Positions 9,301 to 22,400 of a DNA stretch of 64,000 bases are shown here, in pieces; positions within the stretch are counted from its first letter, which is position 1, and each line of letters starts with the position of its first letter. A program made the translations under genes and the position numbers. The DNA comes from Balanoglossus misakiensis (Eukaryota; Animalia; Hemichordata): assembly GCA_040954595.2 (NCBI GenBank), contig CM082591.2:9999309-10063308 (forward strand), written 5' to 3'. The notes beneath the pieces were generated by a model, which was not told the origin of the DNA, did not search any database, and was given only the letters and a program-made list of their open reading frames with translations.

Positions 9301-12300
9301 GCTGTATTTCAATTTGTTCGTGGTAAATTAATTTTGTGGAGGTGACCGGCACTGAAGCTCTTAGCTAGGATGAGGTGGGATGGAAAAATGCCCCATTTTA
9401 GCTGTTTTAAAATATACGACTATTTATAGACAAAAGGAAAATAAAACAAGCGCAAAAACATACCAAACCTAGTTTTATTAATTAAAAACAAAATTGCTGA
9501 GTAAAGGTTTTCATGTGGGCATTCACTTTGAACTTGCTAAATTAATTTAAAGAGACAAAGTCGCTCTCTCTTTGTCCCTTTGCGATGATAGAATGCTTGC
9601 TTGAAGTCTCTCGTGCAATAAATGATGTCGATTCATACATGTATGGATGGTGTATAGGTGGTCGGAATTTACATGTCTTTGCCACGACCAAACCAACAAC
9701 ACGTAAAATCAAAGTTTGGGTCATGAAATCGAGTTTTGTTACAGTCTGGAATTTCATGCCACCCCTTATGGTCATATTATTCTTGGTAGGCAAAAGTGAC
9801 AAGTAGTCAAGTTTCAACACAGGCAACATTTTTTACAAACAAACCACAAAGAAGACATCAAAAGGGAGAGAATTATAGAATGGTCAATGTGTGAAAAGTT
9901 AAGATAGGTAAAGTGGCCGGGTTCAACATTAACTCATCGACTTCATATCGTCTTCATGCCATGGTTTTTGCCTGCCCTGAAAGTTCTTGTCGTTGCAGAA
10001 GTGGTTTTGACAGAAAGAATTTAGTCTTCCGGGATGTTTGTGATTATTTGAACACCAGACAATACAATGCAACCTTGACTTCCAAAATACTTACCGGCAT
10101 TGCATTATCTTACCATGGTTAGGCCTACAGTGAACAAACTTTCAACAATATTTTCTGAGTTACCGCTGATATTTGTTTTGTAGTATGGATATTAAATTAT
10201 ACATCCCGATACAAAGCAGAATGTTATAGAATCCTTCCTGAGTGATATTGAAAAAATTACCGGAATGCTACCGCCTAATCTATGGTTAGGGTTATTGCTA
10301 TTATTTTATATCAGTAATCGACTTTGTGTATATCAATGTCATTTTCATAACGAAAATGAACTCGAGTCTAATGTAAACGTTACGAATTGATCGAAAGGCG
10401 CTCTGATGAATGTTAACACGAGTTCGCAGTGACAAGACATGCATCGTGCGTGACAGTGACAACAGTTCCTATAGAGCAGTTAAAAAATAAACCGGCCGTC
10501 CGTAAATTTATCAGCTATATTTTTTTTTTATTTAGTCACGTTTTCCCTGTTGCATGCTATTAGTTCAGGGGCCAGTTTTAGCAGTGCTCTATTGAGTACT
10601 TTCGTATCGATGGATTGATCTCTCGTCCAATCAGAATGGCGGATGGTAGCATGATCCGACATATTGCGTATTACAATAGGGCTTCCTCATACAGGTCAGA
10701 ACGGAGAGGTCATTCCTTTTATTTTAGGACGTCTCAGCTCCTTTGTCTTTTCTGTTATAGTGTTAAATAAATCAAACGGTTTTGTTTTGGCCGGTAAACA
10801 CCGATGGATTAACTCTTAAGTCCATCGTGCATCCAAACGCAGTCGAGTCGGTTTGGTCATTGTTTATGCGACAGTAAATGCCAAATGTGACAGAAGCATC
10901 ATATTAAATGAGATAGAATACACAAACAAACAAACATACGAATAAACAAACAGGCAAACAAACAAACAAACAACCATTAGGGACTGTTCAGAATTTACTT
11001 CCAAGTTGGGGATGGAGGATTTTTTATTTTCCTGGTGATTTTTTTCCATGGTCTCCCCTAGTAAATTGTGGAGGAAATATGTGGTCCCTCCTTAAATTTC
11101 CTGGGGATTTTCCATGGTCCCCCTATTGTGACTTTTATGTCTAGTCTCCCCTAATTTGTCTTGGAGAAAATGGGTGGTCCCCCCCCCCTCTGAAAATTCT
11201 CCGCCCCCCTGGAAGTAAATTCTGAACAGTCCCTTATTAAAGCCAACAGCTAGCACCCTGGCTTCTCTGCCAGAGGAGCGATAACATCGACAAAATGCAG
11301 ATACACAAGAAATGAGCACTTTATTCCACAAGTGAAGTAGTCTGTTCCCTGCCCCATTCCCACCGCTGGCTGCGCCCTTTAGCGTAGCGCCGATGGCAGT
11401 GGGAATGGGGCAGGGGACCAGACTACAAGTGAAGAACCCCAGTAACAGACGTAACGAACAAACAAACTACATGTACTAACAACAAAGCAAGAAAAGTGTC
11501 AAGCGTCGTCAGAGAAAACGAAAAAGTTCTAGCATGGTTGGTAAAAGTTTTTGGTAGAAAACGAATAGGGCCTTCTACAAATGACGTCTCAGACCCGCAA
11601 ACGCCACCAGAACACAAAACACATGCACAGAACAGTTTAAGCCGGTTGTTGTATGGAGCAGCAATAATCTGCGGTTGGGCCGTCGTAGATTTTCGCTGGT
11701 GGTGAAAATAAATAAACCACACGATCGATGTTCGATTTATTCCAGATCACATGCGTTTACGGCCAGGAGAGAGCATAAAAGTCTTCAAATGACCATGTGG
11801 TGGCGCACTTTTTCCGATTGGCTGTATTTCAATTTGTTCGTGGTAAATTAATTTTGTGGAGGTGACCGGCACTGAAGCTCTTAGCTAGGATGAGGTGGGA
11901 TGGAAAATGCCCCATTTTAGCTGTTTTAAAATATACGACTATTTATAGACAAAAGGAAAATAAAACAAGCGCAAAAACATACCAAACCTAGTTTTATTAA
12001 TTAAAAACAAAATTGCTGAGTAAAGGTTTTCATGTGGGCATTCACTTTGAACTTGCTAAATTAATTTAAAGAGACAAAGTCGCTCTCTCTTTGTCCTTTT
12101 GCGATGATAGAATGCTTGCTTGAAGTCTCTCGTGCAATAAATGATGTCGATTCATACATGTATGGATGGTGTATAGGTGGTCGGAATTTACATGTCTTTG
12201 CCACGACCAAACCAACAACACGTAAAATCAAAATTTGGGTCATGAAATCGAGTTTTGTTACAGTCTAGAATTTCATGCCACCCCTTATGGTCATATTATT

Positions 12301-14572
12301 CTTGGTAGGCAAAAGTGACAAGTAGTCAAGTTTCAACACAGGCAACATTTTTTACAAACAAACCACCAAAAAGACATCAAAAGGGAGAGAATTATAGAAT
12401 GGTCAATGTGTGAAAAGTTAAGATACGTAAAGTGGCCGGGTTCAACATTAACTCATCGACTTCATATCGTCTTCATGCCATGGTTTTTGCCTGCCCTGAA
12501 GTTCTTGTCGTTACAGAAGTGGTTTTGACAGAAAGAATTTAGTCTTCCGGGATGTTTGTGATTATTTGAACACCAGACAATACAATGCAACCTTGACTTC
12601 CAAAATACTTACCGGCATTGCATTATCTTACCATGGTTAGGCCTACAGTGAACACATTTTCAACAATATTTTCTGAGTTACCGCTGATATTTGTTTTGTA
12701 GTATGGATATTAAATTATACATCCCGATACAAAACAATGTTATAGAATCCTTCCTGAGTGATATTGAAAAAATTACCGGAATGCTACCGCCTAATCTATG
12801 GTTAGGGATATTGCTATTATTTTATATCAGTAATCGACTTTGTGTATATCAATGTCATTTTCATAACGAAAATGAACTCGAGTCTAATGTAAACGTTACG
12901 AATTGATCGAAAGGCGCTCTGATGAATGTTAACACGAGTGCGCAGTGACAAGACATGCATCGTGCATGACAGTGACAACAGTTCCTATAGAGCAGTTAAA
13001 AAATAAACCGGCCGTCCGGAAATTTATCAGCTATATTTTTTTTTATTTAGTCACGTTTTCCCTGTTGCATGCTATTAGTTCAGGGGCCAGTTTTAGCAGT
13101 GCTCTATTGAGTACTTTCGTATCGATGGATTGATCTCTCGTCCAATCAGAATGGCGGATGGTAGCATGATCCGACATATTGCGTATTACAATAGGGCTTC
13201 CTCATACAGGTCAGAACGGAGAGGTCATTCCTTTTATTTTATGACGTCTCAGCTCCTTTGTCTTTTCTGTTATAGTGTTAAAGAAATCAAACGGTTTTGT
13301 TTTGGCCGGTAAACACCGATGGATTAACTCTTAAGTCCATCGTGCATCCAAACGCAGTCGAGTCGGTTTGGTCATTGTTTATGCGACAGTAAATGCCAAA
13401 TGTGACAGAAGCATCATATTAAATGAGATAGAATACACAAACAAACAAACATACGAATAAACAAACAGGCAAACAAACAAACAAACAAACAACCATTAGG
13501 GACTGTTCAGAATTTACTTCCAAGTTGGGGATGGAGGATTTTTTATTTTCCTGGTGATTTTTTTCCATGGTCTCCCCTAGTAAATTGTGGAGGAAATATG
13601 TGGTCCCTCCTTAAATTTCCTGGGGATTTTCCATGGTCCCCCTATTGTGACTTTTATGTCTAGTCTCCCCTAATTTGTCTTGGAGAAAATGGGTGGTCCC
13701 CCCCCCCCCCTCTGAATATTCTCCGCCCCCTGGAAGTAAATTCTGAACAGTCCCTTATTAAAGCCAACAGCTAGCACCCTGGCTTCTCTGCCAGAGGAGC
13801 GATAACATCGACAAAATGCAGATACACAAGAAATGAGCACTTTATTCCACAAGTGAAGTAGTCTGTTCCCTGCCCCATTCCCACCGCTGGCTGCGCCCTT
13901 TAGCGTAGCGCCGATGGCAGTGGGAATGGGGCAGGGGACCAGACTACAAGTGAAGAACCCCAGTAACAGACGTAACGAACAAACAAACTACATGTACTAA
14001 CAACAAAGCAAGAAAAGTGTCAAGCGTCGTCAAAGAAAACGAAAAAGTTCTAGCATGGTTGGTAAAAGTTATTGGTAGAAAACGAATAGGGCCTTCTACA
14101 AATGACGTCTCAGACCCGCAAACGCCACCAGAACACAAAACACATGCACAGAACAGTTTAAGCTGGTTGTTGTATGGAGCAGCAATAATCTGCGGTTGGG
14201 CCGTCGTAGATTTTCGCTGGTGGTGAAAATAAATAAAACACGATCGATGTTCGATTTATTCCAGATCACATGCGTTTACGGCCAGGAGAGAGCATAAAAG
14301 TCTTCAAATGACCATGTGGTGGCGCACTTTTTCCGATTGGCTGTATTTCAATTTGTTCGTGGTAAATTAATTTTGTGGAGGTGACCGGCACTGAAGCTCT
14401 TAGCTAGGATGAGGTGGGATGGAAAAATGCCCCATTTTAGCTGTTTTAAAATATACGACTATTTATAGACAAAAGGAAAATAAAACAAGCGCAAAAACAT
14501 ACCAAACCTAGTTTTATTAATTAAAAACAAAATTGCTGAGTAAAGGTTTTCATGTGGGCATTCACTTTGAAC

Positions 14573-15754
14573 CACGGGCGTCATGGAACAATAAAGTGTA
14601 TAGATATTAATAAACTTATCATAAACGCGACGTCCTCAATGAACAAAGAATAAAATATTTCATGGGTTTGTTTGGTGTGGACGCGAAATGCACTAAAGCT
14701 AGGTCAGTGTTAACTTTATGTGCAAAACCACACCGTACGCGTACCTCTATAGGGGATAGGCACCGTGTGTATACGATCTCGTCTTGAGCAGTAAAGGCGA
14801 TGTCTACGCATGCGTGCGCGCCCGCAACTGATCTGTGTACGTGAGTACACATATATACAGGGTATGAAACGAATTTTCAGCCCACCACCATTTGGCAACT
14901 ATTACGAAGAGAATCGCTACCAAACCAGAGTATTTGTTTTAGATTAGATAGAAACCTAATGTCTGGCTTTTCAATTTTCAAAAGTCGGTCGAACATTCGA
15001 GATATTATCGATCGAAAAGTGTCACTCGTCCTGGGGACGTGCGTTACCGACGCAAATTTCTCTCTGAAAGGTATACATAGGACATACTGTTTCATGAAAA
15101 AAAATCATAGCAAATATAACAGTGATGCACATGAACAACGTCCACCATGACTGGGAGGAGCTGAACTGAGCTCACGCATAGTTTCATACACATGATATAA
15201 AACCCGGCGATCGAACACGGCACTTCCGGTCACCAGATTCGCAATGGTTTTGTATACGGATTTGTTGTATTTTTCACGTTTTCCGTTTTTTATTCATGAT
15301 TAATCCAACACTTTTCAAGACACATTCTAAGCAAAAATGAAAATTATTGACTACACTTCGATGGCACTCTGCTCCGTAGAACAAAGTGTCCCCCCTGTCC
15401 CCCCTTTTTAGTAACGCACGTCCCCAGACTCCATGTGAGCGATTGCATACCCTTCCTTACATACACTGTATACGAGCGCGTCTGTCCTGGCTAGCAACGG
15501 AGTCGTACGATCGTCTGCCGCGCGCGCTGGGCCCGGCGCGTGCGCGCGTGCGGTTGTAGATTGCTCCAACACTTCCGCGTTCGGCGCGTTCGGCGGCGCT
15601 AGTGCGTTCGCTCGCATATTTTGCGAGTCCAGCTGTAGCTAGGCCGTTCGTGAGTGTAGTTCTCGTTCACATAAAAAAAGGAAATAATTTATTGTGTATT
15701 CGTTTAGACCTATGCTAAATTATCCATACACTTTATTGTTCCATGACGCCCGTG
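14573..15754. mobile_element. Non-autonomous DNA transposon, P-superfamily-like (1182 bp), in unit 4
   Basis: ~33-bp TIR CACGGGCGTCATGGAACAATAAAGTGTAT(A/G)GATA and 7-bp TSD TTTGAAC. The empty site TTCACTTTGAACTTGC is seen in the other 15 full units. No transposase ORF. Confidence 0.9.
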
Positions 15755-18281
15755 TTTGAACTTGCTAAATTAATTTAAAGAGACAAAGTCGCTCTCTCTT
15801 TGTCCTTTTGCGATGATAGAATGCTTGCTTGAAGTCTCTCGTGCAATAAATGATGTCGATTCATACATGTATGGATGGTGTATAGGTGGTCGGAATTTAC
15901 ATGTCTTTGCCACGACCAAACCAACAACACGTAAAATCAAAGTTTGGGTCATGAAATCGAGTTTTGTTACAGTCTAGAATTTCATGCCACCCCTTATGGT
16001 CATATTATTCTTGGTAGGCAAAAGTGACAAGTAGTCAAGTTTCAACACAGGCAACATTTTTTACAAACAAACCACAAAGAAGACATCAAAAGGGAGAGAA
16101 TTATAGAATGGTCAATGTGTGAAAAGTTAAGATACGTAAAGTGGCCGGGTTCAACATTAACTCATCGACTTCATATCGTCTTCATGCCATGGTTTTTGCC
16201 TGCCCTGAAAGTTCTTGTCGTTGCAGAAGTGGTTTTGACAGAAAGAATTTAGTCTTCCGGGATGTTTGTGATTATTTGAACACCAGACAATACAATGCAA
16301 CCTTGACTTCCAAAATACTTACCGGCATTGCATTATCTTACCATGGTTAGGCCTACAGTGAACACATTTTCAACAATATTTTCTGAGTTACCGCTGATAT
16401 TTGTTTTGTAGTATGGATATTAAATTATACATCCCGATACAAAACAGAATGTTATAGAATCCTTCCTGAGTGATATTGAAAAAATTACCGGAATGCTACC
16501 GCCTAATCTACATGTATGGTTAGGGTTATTGCTATTATTTTATATCAGTAATCGACTTTGTGTATATCAATGTCATTTTCATAACGAAAATGAACTCGAG
16601 TCTAATGTAAACGTTACGAATTGATCGAAAGGCGCTCTGATGAATGTTAACACGAGTGCGCAGTGACAAGACATGCATCGTGCGTGACAGTGACAACAGT
16701 TCCTATAGAGCAGTTAAAAAATAAACCGGCCGTCCGGAAATTTATCAGCTATATTTTTTTTTATTTAGTCACGTTTTCCCTGTTGCATGCTATTAGTTCA
16801 GGGGCCAGTTTTAGCAGTGCTCTATTGAGTACTTTTGTATCGATGGATTGATCTCTCGTCCAATCAGAATGGCGAATGGTAGCATGATCCGACATATTGC
16901 GTATTACAATAGGGCTTCCTCATACAGGTCAGAACGGTGAGGTCATTCCTTTTATTTTAGGACGTCTCAGCTCCTTTGTCTTTTCTGTTATAGTGTTAAA
17001 TAAATCAAACGGTTTTGTTTTGGCCGGTAAACACCGATGGATTAACTCTTAAGTCCATCGTGTATCCAAACGCAGTCGAGTCGGTTTGGTCATTGTTTAT
17101 GCGACAGTAAATGCCAAATGTGACAGAAGCATCATATTAAATGAGATAGAATACACAAACAAACAAACATACGAATAAACAAACAGGCAAACAAACAAAC
17201 AAACAACCATTAGGGACTGTTCAGAATTTACTTCCAAGTTGGGGATGGAGGATTTTTTATTTTCCTGGTGATTTTTTTCCATGGTCTCCCCTAGTAAATT
17301 GTGGAGGAAATATGTGGTCCCTCCTTAAATTTCCTGGGGATTTTCCATGGTCCCCCTATTGTGACTTTTATGTCTAGTCTCCCCTAATTTGTCTTGGAGA
17401 AAATGGGTGGTCCCCCCCCTCTGAAAATTCTCCGCCCCCTGGAAGTAAATTCTGAACAGTCCCTTATTAAAGCCAACAGCTAGCACCCTGGCTTCTCTGC
17501 CAGAGGAGCGATAATATCGACAAAATGCAGATACACAAGAAATGAGCACTTTATTCCACAAGCGAAGTAGTCTGTTCCCTGCCCCATTCCCACCGCTGGC
17601 TGCGCCCTTTAGCGTAGCGCCGATGGCAGTGGGAATGTGGCAGGGGACCAGACTACAAGTGAAGAACCCCAGTAACAGACGTAACGAACAAACAAACTAC
17701 ATGTACTAACAACAAAGCAAGAAAAGTGTCAAGCGTCGTCAAAGAAAACGAAAAAGTTCTAGCAAGGTTGGTAAAAGTTATTGGTAGAAAACGAATAGGG
17801 CCTTCTACAAATGACGTCTCAGACCCGCAAACGCCACCAGAACACAAAACACATGCACAGAACAGTTTAAGCCGGTTGTTGTATGGAGCAGCAATAATCT
17901 GCGGTTGGGCCGTCGTAGATTTTCGCTGGTGGTGAAAATAAATAAAACACGATCGATGTTCGATTTATTCCAGATCACATGCGTTTACGGCCAGGAGAGA
18001 GCATAAAAGTCTTCAAATGACCATGTGGTGGCGCACTTTTTCCGATTGGCTGTATTTCAATTTGTTCGTGGTAAATTAATTTTGTGGAGGTGACCGGCAC
18101 TGAAGCTCTTAGGTAGGATGAGGTGGGATGGAAAAATGCCCCATTTTAGCTGTTTTAAAATATACGACTATTTATAGACAAAAGGAAAATAAAACAAGCG
18201 CAAAAACATACCAAACCTAGTTTTATTAATTAAAAACAAAATTGCTGAGTAAAGGTTTTCATGTGGGCATTCACTTTGAAC

Positions 18282-19464
18282 CACGGGCGTCATGGAACAA
18301 TAAAGTGTATAGATATTAATAAACTTATCATAAACGCGACGTCCTCAATGAACAAAGAATAAAATATTTCATGGGTTTGTTTGGTGTGGACGCGAAATGC
18401 ACTAAAGCTAGGTCAGTGTTAACTTTATGTGCAAAACCACACCGTACGCGTACCTCTATAGGGGATAGGCACCGTGTGTATACGATCTCGTCTTGAGCAG
18501 TAAAGGCGATGTCTACGCATGCGTGCGCGCCCGCAACTGATCTGTGTACGTGAGTACACATATATACAGGGTATGAAACGAATTTTCAGCCCACCACCAT
18601 TTGGCAACTATTACGAAGAGAATCGCTACCAAACCAGAGTATTTGTTTTAGATTAGATAGAAACCTAATGTCTGGCTTTTCAATTTTCAAAAGTCGGTCG
18701 AACATTCGAGATATTATCGATCGAAAAGTGTCACTCGTCCTGGGGACGTGCGTTACCGACGCAAATTTCTCTCTGAAAGGTATACATAGGACATACTGTT
18801 TCATGAAAAAAAATCATAGCAAATATAACAGTGATGCACATGAACAACGTCCACCATGACTGGGAGGAGCTGAACTGAGCTCACGCATAGTTTCATACAC
18901 ATGATATAAAACCCGGCGATCGAACACGGCACTTCCGGTCACCAGATTCGCAATGGTTTTGTATACGGATTTGTTGTATTTTTCACGTTTTCCGTTTTTT
19001 ATTCATGATTAATCCAACACTTTTCAAGACACATTCTAAGCAAAAATGAAAATTATTGACTACACTTCGATGGCACTCTGCTCCGTAGAACAAAGTGTCC
19101 CCCCTGTCCCCCCTTTTTAGTAACGCACGTCCCCAGACTCCATGTGAGCGATTGCATACCCTTCCTTACATACACTGTATACGAGCGCGTCTGTCCTGGC
19201 TAGCAACGGAGTCGTACGATCGTCTGCCGCGCGCGCTGGGCCCGGCGCGTGCGCGCGTGCGGTTGTAGATTGCTCCAACACTTCCGCGTTCGGCGCGTTC
19301 GGCGGCGCTAGTGCGTTCGCTCGCATATTTTGCGAGTCCAGCTGTAGCTAGGCCGTTCGTGAGTGTAGTTCTCGTTCACATAAAAAAAAGGAAATAATTT
19401 ATTGTGTATTCGTTTAGACCTATGCTAAATTATCCATACACTTTATTGTTCCATGACGCCCGTG
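18282..19464. mobile_element. Second copy of the same P-like element at the identical site, in unit 5
   Basis: Same TIRs and TSD. By eye it differs only by one A in a homopolymer near 19385. Confidence 0.9.
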
Positions 19465-22400
19465 TTTGAACTTGCTAAATTAATTTAAAGAGACAAAGTC
19501 GCTCTCTCTTTGTCCTTTTGCGATGATAGAATGCTTGCTTGAAGTCTCTCGTGCAATAAATGATGTCGATTCATACATGTATGGATGGTGTATAGGTGGT
19601 CGGAATTTACATGTCTTTGCCACGACCAAACCAACAACACGTAAAATCAAAGTTTGGGTCATGAAATCGAGTTTTGTTACAGTCTAGAATTTCATGCCAC
19701 CCCTTATGGTCATATTATTCTTGGTAGGCAAAAGTGACAAGTAGTCAAGTTTCAACACAGGCAACATTTTTTACAAACAAACCACAAAGAAGACATCAAA
19801 AGGGAGAGAATTATAGAATGGTCAATGTGTGAAAAGTTAAGATACGTAAAGTGGCCGGGTTCAACATTAACTCATCGACTTCATATCGTCTTCATGCCAT
19901 GGTTTTTGCCTGCCCTGAAAGTTCTTGTCGTTGCAGAAGTGGTTTTGACAGAAAGAATTTAGTCTTCCGGGATGTTTGTGATTATTTGAACACCAGACAA
20001 TACAATGCAACCTTGACTTCCAAAATACTTACCGGCATTGCATTATCTTACCATGGTTAGGCCTACAGTGAACACATTTTCAACAATATTTTCTGAGTTA
20101 CCGCTGATATTTGTTTTGTAGTATGGATATTAAATTATACATCCCGATACAAAACAGAATGTTATAGAATCCTTCCTGAGTGATATTGAAAAAATTACCG
20201 GAATGCTACCGCCTAATCTATGGTTAGGGTTATTGCTATTATTTTATATCAGTAATCGACTTTGTGTATATCAATGTCATTTTAATAACGAAAATGAACT
20301 CGAGTCTAATGTAAACGTTACGAATTGATCGAAAGGCGCTCTGATGAATGTTAACACGAGTGCGCAGTGACAAGACATGCATCGTGCGTGACAGTGACAA
20401 CAGTTCCTATAGAGCAGTTAAAAAATAAACCGGCCGTCCGTAAATTTATCAGCTATATTTTTTTTATTTAGTCACGTTTTCCCTGTTGCATGCTATTAGT
20501 TCAGGGGCCAGTTTTAGCAGTGCTCTATTGAGTACTTTCGTATCGATGGATTGATCTCTCGTCCAATCAGAATGGCGGATGGTAGCATGATCCGACATAT
20601 TGCGTGTTACAATAGGGCTTCCTCATACAGGTCAGAACGGAGAGGTCATTCCTTTTATTTTAGGACGTCTCAGCTCCTTTGTCTTTTCTGTTATAGTGTT
20701 AAAGAAATCAAACGGTTTTGTTTTGGCCGGTAAACACCGATGGATTAAATCTTAAGTCCATCGTGCATCCAAACGCAGTCGAGTCGGTTTGGTCATTGTT
20801 TATGCGACAGTAAATGCCAAATGTGACAGAAGCATCATATTAAATGAGATAGAATACACAAACAAACAAACATACGAATAAACAAACAGGCAAACAAACA
20901 AACAAACAACCATTAGGGACTGTTCAGAATTTACTTCCAAGTTGGGGATGGAGGAATTTTTATTTTCCTGGTGATTTTTTTCCATGGTCTCCCCTAGTAA
21001 ATTGTGGAGGAAATATGTGGTCCCTCCTTAAATTTCCTGGGGATTTTCCATGGTCCCCCTATTGTGACTTTTATGTCTAGTCTCCCCTAATTTGTCTTGG
21101 AGAAAATGGGTGGTCCCCCCCCCCCCTCTGAAAATTCTCCGCCCCCTGGAAGTAAATTCTGAACAGTCCCTTATTAAAGCCAACAGCTAGCACCCTGGCT
21201 TCTCTGCCAGAGGAGAGATAACATCGACAAAATGCAGATACACAAGAAATGAGCACTTTATTCCACAAGTGAAGTAGTCTGTTCCCTGTCCCATTCCCAC
21301 CGCTGGCTGCGCCCTTTAGCGTAGCGCCGATGGCAGTGGGAATGGGGCAGGGGACCAGACTACAAGTGAAGAACCCCAGTAACAGACGTAACGAACAAAC
21401 AAACTACATGTACTAACAACAAAGCAAGAAAAGTGTCAAGCGTCGTCAAAGAAAACGAAAAAGTTCTAGCATGGTTGGTAAAAGTTATTGGTAGAAAACG
21501 AATAGGGCCTTCTACAAATGACGTCTCAGACCCGCAAACGCCACCAGAACACAAAACACATGCACAGAACAGTTTAAGCCGGTTGTTGTATGGAGCAGCA
21601 ATAATCTGCGGTTGGGCCGTCGTAGATTTTCGCTGGTGGTGAAAATAAATAAAACACGATCGGTGTTCGATTTATTCCAGATCACATGCGTTTACGGCCA
21701 GGAGAGAGCATAAAAGTCTTCAAATGACCATGTGGTGGCGCACTTTTTCCGATTGGCTGTATTTCAATTTGTTCGTGGTAAATTAATTTTGTGGAGGTGA
21801 TCGGCACTGAAGCTCTTAGCTAGGATGAGGTGGGATGGAAAAATGCCCCATTTTAGCTGTTTTAAAATATACGACTATTTATAGACAAAAGGAAAATAAA
21901 ACAAGCGCAAAAACATACCAAACCTAGTTTTATTAATTAAAAACAAAATTGCTGAGTAAAGGTTTTCATGTGGGCATTCACTTTGAACTTGCTAAATTAA
22001 TTTAAAGAGACAAAGTCGCTCTCTCTTTGTCCTTTTGCGATGATAGAATGCTTGCTTGAAGTCTCTCGTGCAATAAATGATGTCGATTCATACATGTATG
22101 GATGGTGTATAGGTGGTCGGAATTTACATGTCTTTGCCACGACCAAACCAACAACACGTAAAATCAAAGTTTGGGTCATGAAATCGAGTTTTGTTACAGT
22201 CTAGAATTTCATGCCACCCCTTATGGTCATATTATTCTTGGTAGGCAAAAGTGACAAGTAGTCAAGTTTCAACACAGGCAACATTTTTTACAAACAAACC
22301 ACAAAGAAGACATCAAAAGGGAGAGAATTATAGAATGGTCAATGTGTGAAAAGTTAAGATACGTAAAGTGGCCGGGTTCAACATTAACTCATCGACTTCA

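Noticed and set aside
14619-15617. THAP or transposase remnant in the P-like element
   Set aside because: The short ORFs lack C2CH and DDE motifs.
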